Assembly (NCBI GenBank): GCA_963809605.1
Contig: CAWEKM010000007.1
Coordinates: 143,688 to 207,687 of the forward strand
Direction: 5' to 3'
Length of the DNA stretch: 64,000 nucleotides
Source of the DNA: an uncultured Acidobacteriaceae bacterium
Lineage (GTDB): Bacteria; Acidobacteriota; Terriglobia; Terriglobales; Acidobacteriaceae
Positions 58,400-64,000 of this stretch are shown here, one piece after another. The notes beneath the pieces are model-generated. The model ran no database searches. It was not told the origin of the DNA and saw nothing but the letters and a program-made list of their open reading frames with translations. The stretch's first letter is position 1, and each line of letters starts with the position of its first letter. The position numbers were made by a program, and so were the translations under genes.

Positions 58400-58798
58400 A
58401 TGAAGAATAAGAGTTTTTTGTTGCTCGCTTGCCCGTTTCTGCTGCTTTGTGCAGGTATCGGATGCAATCTCGGGCACAAAACGACGACGCTGGCGCTTCA
58501 AACAACACCTGCGTCGATTCAGGCGGGGACGCAGGTCGTATTCACGGCCTACATCGACCACAACAATGGCAACTTCGCCGGCGCCAACTGGACTTTGACG
58601 AGCAATGGGAGCGCCTGCTCCGCAACCTGCGGAACCTTAAGCGGTTACACAAACAGCGGCAGCCAGGGGAATGGAGACACTACCACGATCAACTACGACG
58701 CTCCGGCGACGGCCCCCGCCAATCCCGTGACCATCACGGCCACGTCGATCGAGAACCCAAAGTCTTCCGGAGCGGATACTTTCACCATCACGAACTAG
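58400..58798 (+). CDS. hypothetical lipoprotein, Ig-like beta-rich
   Basis: 132 aa. GGAG 5 nt upstream of ATG 58400. Lipobox-like LLCAGIGC. Thr/Ser/Asn-rich. Confidence 0.5.
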   Translation: MKNKSFLLLACPFLLLCAGIGCNLGHKTTTLALQTTPASIQAGTQVVFTAYIDHNNGNFAGANWTLTSNGSACSATCGTLSGYTNSGSQGNGDTTTINYDAPATAPANPVTITATSIENPKSSGADTFTITN

Positions 58799-58898
58799 CG
58801 AATTGCGAATATAGAGGCGTCAACTCTAAAGACCGCGGAACCTGATGAAGGTCCATCCGTCTAAACAAGGTCGTGACGGGATGCCCCAGAAAACCACA

Positions 58899-58930
58899 AA
58901 GCCGGGCTGGTTGGCCCGGCTTGCTTTTGT
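58899..58930. terminator. bidirectional rho-independent terminator between convergent small genes
   Basis: 9-bp stem AAGCCGGGC/GCCCGGCTT with a 6-nt loop. T-rich tail GCTTTTGT on the plus strand. The A-rich run upstream gives a U-tract on the minus strand. Confidence 0.6.
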
Positions 58931-59068
58931 GGAACTGGTTCGGTCAATCTTGTCTGGTTCAAACTTTGTCTGTTCAACCTAGTTTCGACGGCCGGATCAG
59001 AATGTCAAAAATCAGGAAGCTCTCGCTGCTCGTGCCGCGGGGTCACCGTCCCGCACTACGAACATTTC

Positions 59069-59341
59069 CTACATCACCATCGCGAGGTTCTCCAGTTCAT
59101 ACTGCAATACCGGCAGAGCGCACCCTGCCATCTCGACCCGACCGGCTGCGTCCAGAGCGGCCTTGGGCGATACTCCGTAGCCCCGGCCCATCAGGAACAC
59201 CTGCAGCAGTTCGGCGGCCTCGTAAGAATCGATCATGCCGCCTTGCAGCAAATCACTGCGCAATGCCGCTAGTTCGGTCATGGTGAATCTGTCTTTGTCG
59301 TTATTGATTTTCTCGTTCATCTTTTCAAACATGGCCGTCAT
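59069..59341 (-). CDS. hypothetical protein
   Basis: 90 aa. GGAGGTG Shine-Dalgarno-like sequence immediately upstream of ATG 59341. No motif recognised. Confidence 0.4.
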   Translation of the reverse strand: MTAMFEKMNEKINNDKDRFTMTELAALRSDLLQGGMIDSYEAAELLQVFLMGRGYGVSPKAALDAAGRVEMAGCALPVLQYELENLAMVM

Positions 59342-59733
59342 CACCTCCGATTCCGACCTTGTACCCCACTTTTGCCTATTAGACTCACCGGCAGCCGTAC
59401 AAGTTGCATGCAATTCGGTTGCCGTGCCTGCCCTCTATTTCCATATACGGAAAGCAGGCTGCCTTAGATTCATTAACACCAGTGAATATCTGAAGTTGCA
59501 GCCAACCCTATCAGGGCTCTCCTGTTCCCCCAAGTGCCGTTGGTAACCCCTGCCGTCTCAATAACTGACACGGAGTGTCATTCCGGGAACGCACGACGGG
59601 AATACCCCGAGTTACCACTGCTTTGAGAAAGATACGGACGGAAGGTGTCAGGGCTGTGAATTCACTGTGAAAAATCAGCGCAGGCAAGCAGAGGATTTGA
59701 AAGTCGAGGCAGAGGATCCGCGTGTCGCGGCCG

Positions 59734-59901
59734 CTAGGTTTCGATCTTCGCCTCATCCACCAGCATGATGGGGATGTCGTCCTTCACCGCATACACACGG
59801 TGGCACTGCGTGCACTTCAAGCTCTCAGGATTCTCCCGGTACTCGAGCGCCTGCTTGCATGCCGGGCAAACCAGAATTTCCAGCAGATCCTTGGCAATCA
59901 T
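59734..59901 (-). CDS. Trm112 family protein
   Basis: 55 aa. Zinc-ribbon CPACK...CTQCH and DDIPIML tail. Confidence 0.8.
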   Translation of the reverse strand: MIAKDLLEILVCPACKQALEYRENPESLKCTQCHRVYAVKDDIPIMLVDEAKIET

Positions 59902-59931
59902 GGTGGCAATTGTACGCCCGGCAAGAATCGA

Positions 59932-60030
59932 ATCACCACAGAGACTCAGAGGCACAGAGAGAACAAGAACGGGATTTCTCCGTGGCGGAGCCTGCCCTGA
60001 GCGAAGCCGAAGCGGGCCTCTGTGGTGAAT
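59932..60030. repeat. REP-E, TIR-bounded element (TCACCACAGAG ends) between trm112 and folD
   Basis: TCACCACAGAG at 59933-59943 and its reverse complement CTCTGTGGTGA at 60018-60028. Interior contains CACAGAGACTCAGAGGCACAGAGAG and CCTGAGCGAAGC. Confidence 0.55.
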
Positions 60031-60066
60031 ATTCCTGTCGCCCTTGCTATAGAATCCAATCAAACT

Positions 60067-61065
60067 ATGACCGCCCGAATCCTCGACGGCACGAAGATCG
60101 CAAGTGACATTCGCAGCGAAGTGGCCGCGGAGGCAAAGACTATGGCCGCTCTCGGCGTCCGCCCCGGGCTGGCGGTCATTCTCGTCGGCCATAACCCGGC
60201 ATCGGAGGTTTATGTGCGCGGCAAAGTGAAGGCCTGCGAGCAAGTCGGCCTTTACAGCGAACAGCACACGCCGCCGGAAACCTCGACGACCGCTGACTTG
60301 CTTGCGCTAGTCGAGGAACTGAACCGCCGCGACGAGATCGATGGCATCCTGGTGCAGTTGCCGCTGCCTCCACAGGTGGATGCGAAAAAAATCCTGATGG
60401 CGGTCGATCCCGCCAAAGATGTCGACGGCTTCCATCCCGTCAACGTCGGTTTGCTCTCGACGCAGCGGCCCGGCTTGGTACCGTGTACGCCGGCGGGAAT
60501 CATCGAGATTCTGCAGCGCAGCCAGATCCCCATTGCCGGGCAGGAGGCGGTTGTGGTCGGACGCAGCGACATCGTGGGCAAACCCGCGGCCATGCTGCTG
60601 CTGAACGCCAATGCCACGGTTACTGTTTGTCACTCGAAGACTCGAGATTTGTGGGCAGTCTGCCGGCGGGCCGACATTCTCGTAGCAGCGATTGGCCGCG
60701 CCGGAATGATCACGCGCGATTTCGTGAAGCCCGGCGCCACCGTGATTGATGTTGGCATGAATCAGGTAACCGATCCTGCCGAATTCCAGCGTCTGTTCGG
60801 TGGCGGACTGGCCGGAGGATCGGCCGCGAACGCCAAGCGGGAAGCGGCATTCCGGGCAAAAGGAACCACGCTGGTCGGCGATGTGCACCCCGACGTAGCC
60901 GAAGTGGCGGGAGCGCTGACTCCCGTTCCCGGCGGCGTCGGTCCGCTGACCATAGCGATGCTGATGTATAACACCGTGAAAGCGGCGAAGATGCGGAGGG
61001 CGCAGTGGTCAGGGGCCAGTGGTCAGGGGCCAGTCGACCCTCATTCGGTTTTGGCCGGGCGTTGA
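60067..61065 (+). CDS. folD: bifunctional methylenetetrahydrofolate dehydrogenase / methenyltetrahydrofolate cyclohydrolase
   Basis: 332 aa from ATG 60067. PVPGGVGP motif. Long loop insertion after VIDVGMN and a repeat-encoded C-terminal tail. Confidence 0.92.
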   Translation: MTARILDGTKIASDIRSEVAAEAKTMAALGVRPGLAVILVGHNPASEVYVRGKVKACEQVGLYSEQHTPPETSTTADLLALVEELNRRDEIDGILVQLPLPPQVDAKKILMAVDPAKDVDGFHPVNVGLLSTQRPGLVPCTPAGIIEILQRSQIPIAGQEAVVVGRSDIVGKPAAMLLLNANATVTVCHSKTRDLWAVCRRADILVAAIGRAGMITRDFVKPGATVIDVGMNQVTDPAEFQRLFGGGLAGGSAANAKREAAFRAKGTTLVGDVHPDVAEVAGALTPVPGGVGPLTIAMLMYNTVKAAKMRRAQWSGASGQGPVDPHSVLAGR

Positions 61066-61142
61066 AAAACTCTTGGGAGGCTCCCCAGACATCTCATGCA
61101 AGCCGCTCTTACTGACCACTGGCCACTGACTACTGGCCACTG
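61003..61142. repeat. REP-C palindromic element spanning the folD 3-prime end to the coaE start
   Basis: Left arm is two tandem CAGTGGTCAGGGGC units (61003-61030). Right arm is TTACTGACCACTGGCCACTGACTACTGGCCACTG (61109-61142), in inverted orientation. Confidence 0.7.
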
Positions 61143-61145
61143 CTT

Positions 61146-61799
61146 ATGCTGAAGGTCGGCCTCACTGGAGGCATTGCGTCGGGAAAATCGGCGGTTGGTG
61201 GGATGTTCGTCGCCCTCGGCGCGCATCTGGTGCAGGCCGACCGCATCGCTCATCAACTAATGCTTCCCGGGCAGCCCGTCTACAACGAAGTGGTGCGCCA
61301 TTTCGGCGGCGCGATTCTCAATCCCGACCTCAGCGTGAATCGCGCGAAGCTGGCTGAGGCTGCCTTTGGATCGACGGCGAATGCCGCGTCTCCGGCAACC
61401 GCGTCTCGCATTCAAGAGCTGAACCGCATCGTCCATCCCGCGGTGCTTCGAAGTCAGGAGGAGTGGATGGAAGAAACGGGGCGGCAGGATCCGCGCGCGG
61501 TTGCCATCGTGGAAGCTGCGCTCATCATCGAGGCAGGTGCGGCGAAACGTTTTGACCGACTCATCGTCGTCACCTGCAGCGACGAGCAGCGCGTCTCTCG
61601 CTTCGCCGCACGACATAAGTTGGACCTCGAGGCTGCGCGCAAGGAAGTCGCGCGCCGCATGGCCGCGCAACTGCCCGAAGCCGAGAAAGTTAAAGCGGCC
61701 GATTACGTTGTCGACAACTCCGGCTCACTCGACCGCACGCGGGAGCAGGTGCGGGAGTTGTGGGAAAAGCTTCGCGCCGAGGCGGCGGTTAAGCACTGA
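61146..61799 (+). CDS. coaE: dephospho-CoA kinase
   Basis: 217 aa. P-loop GLTGGIASGKS. Confidence 0.92.
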   Translation: MLKVGLTGGIASGKSAVGGMFVALGAHLVQADRIAHQLMLPGQPVYNEVVRHFGGAILNPDLSVNRAKLAEAAFGSTANAASPATASRIQELNRIVHPAVLRSQEEWMEETGRQDPRAVAIVEAALIIEAGAAKRFDRLIVVTCSDEQRVSRFAARHKLDLEAARKEVARRMAAQLPEAEKVKAADYVVDNSGSLDRTREQVRELWEKLRAEAAVKH

Positions 61800-61814
61800 G
61801 CAATTTACGGATAC

Positions 61815-62720
61815 TCAAGACTTCTTCAGAAATTTCCCCTGCTCAAGTTCCTTGAAGGCCTGCTGAAGCTGTTCCTGCGTGTTCATCACAATCGGGCCGT
61901 ACCACGCCACAGGCTCCTCCAAGGGCTTTCCAGACACCAGGAGGAATCGGATTCCGTCGTCCCCGGCTTGCACGCTGACTTCGTCGCCTCGGTCGAAAAG
62001 AATAAGAGAGCGGTTGTCGGCATCGACGGGAGGATTTGTATCCAGCCATTTCACGGCCTCGGTCGGCACGGAAAGCGGGCCTGAGGAGTTGCAGAACTTT
62101 CCACTTCCACCAAAAACATAGGCGAAGGCGTGGCGCGTCGTCTCCACCGGCAGCGTCTTTTTCCTGCCGGGGGCGACCGATACGTCGAGGTAAATCGGAT
62201 CGGCGGCAATGCCATCCACCGGTCCTTTCTTTCCCCAGAAGCTTCCGCAGACGACGCGCACGTGGGTGCCGTCGTCGTCCTTGATCTCGGGGATATCGAG
62301 CGCCTTCACTTCCTGATAGCGCGGGGCGGTCATCTTGAGCGAGGCCGGAAGATTTGCCCACAGCTGGAACCCGTGCATGCGTCCCGACGGGTCGCCCTTG
62401 GGCATTTCCTGGTGGATGATGCCGCTGCCCGCTGTCATCCACTGCACGTCGCCGGCGGCGATGGCGCCGCGGTTTCCCATGCTGTCGCCGTGTTCGACGG
62501 TTCCCGCAAGCACATAGGTGATGGTCTCGATCCCGCGGTGAGGATGCCACGGGAATCCCGCCAGATAATCCTCGGGAACATCGTTGCGGAAGTCGTCGAG
62601 CAGGAGAAACGGATCGGTCTCTTTGGTGTTTCCAAAGCCAAAGGCACGGCGAAGATGCACGCCTGCTCCTTCAAGAGTCGGCTTTGATTTGATAACACGC
62701 TTAACTGGTCGGATGGACAT
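61815..62720 (-). CDS. pirin family protein
   Basis: 301 aa bicupin. HPHRGIETITY metal-binding motif. Confidence 0.92.
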   Translation of the reverse strand: MSIRPVKRVIKSKPTLEGAGVHLRRAFGFGNTKETDPFLLLDDFRNDVPEDYLAGFPWHPHRGIETITYVLAGTVEHGDSMGNRGAIAAGDVQWMTAGSGIIHQEMPKGDPSGRMHGFQLWANLPASLKMTAPRYQEVKALDIPEIKDDDGTHVRVVCGSFWGKKGPVDGIAADPIYLDVSVAPGRKKTLPVETTRHAFAYVFGGSGKFCNSSGPLSVPTEAVKWLDTNPPVDADNRSLILFDRGDEVSVQAGDDGIRFLLVSGKPLEEPVAWYGPIVMNTQEQLQQAFKELEQGKFLKKS

Positions 62721-62927
62721 ATAGGCCTCTGATTACGAGGTCTTTTGATGTTGAAGCCTGGCTCGGGGATTCCAGGGTGGTGAGTCTATCTGGCCGTGGA
62801 CTTCTTCGCAAAAATAAAGTTTGCCGCGACGTTGGGAAGTGGCCGAGGTTCGCGCTTCGGCAGCGAAAAACTGGGGTATCCCCCCTCCCCCCTCCATCTC
62901 TGGAATCATCACGTTGGCAAGAAATTC

Positions 62928-63102
62928 CGCGCAAAATCCGGATGACAAAGAGCTTAGAGGTCAAAATCTAGACAACAAGGGACTTAAGTGGCGACGACTT
63001 GCTCTGGAGCAGACCGTCACGGCCTCGACCATCATCGCTAATTTTATTTGGCCGGGCAAGGTTAGATGTCACATCGGGGCTGTGCAAAATGTGATTAGGC
63101 GC
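62928..63102 (+). repeat. REP-D, copy 2
   Basis: Same collinear blocks as 22177-22349. Confidence 0.7.
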
Positions 63103-63247
63103 GGAGCCATCACGGCAGCCCAGGGCTTGCGCCTGGGCTGAATTCTTGCGCCGCTTCGCGGCTGGGCTTGCGCGTGTGCGAGGACAAGTAAGCAGGGTCC
63201 GGTCTAGAGAATGCCTGGCGGCGGTCCTGATTGCTGCAGACGGTGCA

Positions 63248-63304
63248 GGGGTCCTTCGACTCCGCGGGGCGCGCTTCGCTTACCCCGCTCCGCTCAGGAT
63301 GACA
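63248..63304 (+). repeat. REP-A unit
   Basis: GGGGTCCTTCGACTCCGC ... CCGCTCAGGATGACA. Confidence 0.8.
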
Positions 63305-63330
63305 CTTTTGGAGAATGGATTGACTAGCCA

Positions 63331-63350
63331 GGGGCGGCCGTCCCCACATG
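63331..63350 (+). repeat. REP-B element, 3-prime part only
   Basis: GGGGCGGCCGTCCCCACATG next to a REP-A unit. Confidence 0.6.
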
Positions 63351-63492
63351 GATTGTGGCTCGACTTTCCAACTTTACGGAATTAGGAAGTCCTTCGACGC
63401 GTGCCTCATGGCGGAACATTGTTTAGAATCGAACGTAGAATTAGTGTGGGCTTCTTGTCGAGATCCGGCTTGGGCCCCGACGGTTTGAACTT

Positions 63493-64000
63493 ATGAGAAT
63501 CATACGACCTGCATTATTGGCACTGATGATTGCTGGCGCTTTCTTCTATTTCACTACCTGGCGCTCGAACGCGAGGCTGGCCGGGGAGAATCCGGTGGGG
63601 TGGTTCAGTCATCCCGCGCAAGTGGAGATTACCGAGGCCTCTGGCGGCGAGGCGCTGGACAGCGAAGAGCAGAACAATATCAACGTTTATCGCAAGAATA
63701 TTCCGTCGGTGGTGAACGTCACTTCGCGCGCCATGACCTTCGACTTCTTCTACGGCTTGGTGCCGCAGGAGGGGCAGGGCTCAGGCTTTGTGATCGATAA
63801 AGACGGACATATTCTCACCAACTATCACGTCATCGCCGACGCGCGGCAGGTGGAAGTGACGCTGCACAACCGCAAGAAGTATAAGGCGACCGTGGTGGGC
63901 ACCGATCCGGCGCACGATCTGGCGGTGATCCTGATCAAGGCGCCGGACCTGGTTCCCGCGGTGCTGGGCGATTCGCGCAACCTGCAGGTGGGGCAGAAGG
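63493..64000 (+). CDS. HtrA/DegP-family serine protease, N-terminal part (runs off window end)
   Basis: Open frame from ATG 63493 to the window end (absent from the ORF track because it has no stop). TM anchor, GSGFVIDKDGHILTNYHV (His) and DLAVI (Asp) of the S1C triad. Confidence 0.85.
   Translation, partial: MRIIRPALLALMIAGAFFYFTTWRSNARLAGENPVGWFSHPAQVEITEASGGEALDSEEQNNINVYRKNIPSVVNVTSRAMTFDFFYGLVPQEGQGSGFVIDKDGHILTNYHVIADARQVEVTLHNRKKYKATVVGTDPAHDLAVILIKAPDLVPAVLGDSRNLQVGQK

Noticed and set aside
59541-59617. 77-nt segment closed by a 7-bp stem (TGGTAAC/GTTACCA) with two internal hairpins, which looks superficially like a cloverleaf.
   Set aside because: There is no D-arm, the 7-nt loop lacks U33 and purine-37, and there is no T-loop consensus on either strand. 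It is kept only as part of the non-coding stretch finding.
61003-61034. Possibility that the short tandem or dispersed repeats represent a CRISPR array.
   Set aside because: The units are 13-14 nt and directly tandem, or are scattered kilobases apart. There is no regular repeat-spacer periodicity and there are no cas genes.
1-64000. Search for defence systems, toxin-antitoxin pairs, retrons/DGRs, prophage or integrative elements.
   Set aside because: No ORF shows reverse transcriptase, nuclease/ATPase defence motifs, integrase, transposase or phage structural signatures. Gene content is overwhelmingly housekeeping.

Overview
High-GC, gene-dense chromosomal window. It looks like core genome of an Acidobacteriota-like (Terriglobia-type) bacterium; that is inferred from gene content and repeat style, and no database search was run. 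About 60 protein-coding genes are supportable. I found no rRNA, tRNA, CRISPR array, transposase, integrase, prophage or recognisable defence gene. The main landmark is a 12-gene minus-strand respiratory cluster (18805 down to 5871): alternative complex III actABCDEF, a small unknown membrane protein, an SCO copper chaperone, and caa3-type cytochrome c oxidase subunits II-I-III-IV. A YdiJ-like FAD/Fe-S dehydrogenase follows on the same strand. The rest is housekeeping (purMN, tyrS, sppA, IHF/HU, apt, acyP, efp, trpG, trpE, gdhA, pgsA, fused aroD-aroE, folD, coaE, an HtrA fragment) mixed with secreted, TPR and DUF-type proteins. Gene annotation does not explain the intergenic space, which is filled by at least six families of short palindromic, REP/MITE-like repeats. 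Some abut or supply stop codons, one extends the folD ORF, and one sits inside the ACIII operon. The most system-like candidate is an HxlR regulator, tandem 25-bp repeats, and a six-Asp-box propeller gene translationally coupled to a ThiS/MoaD-type Gly-Gly protein, with no E1, MoaE or ThiG partner in the window. A second item is an EF-P with Asn where the modified Lys/Arg normally sits. All functional calls come from motif recognition by eye. I did not find anything I could defend as a clearly novel multi-gene system beyond these candidates.
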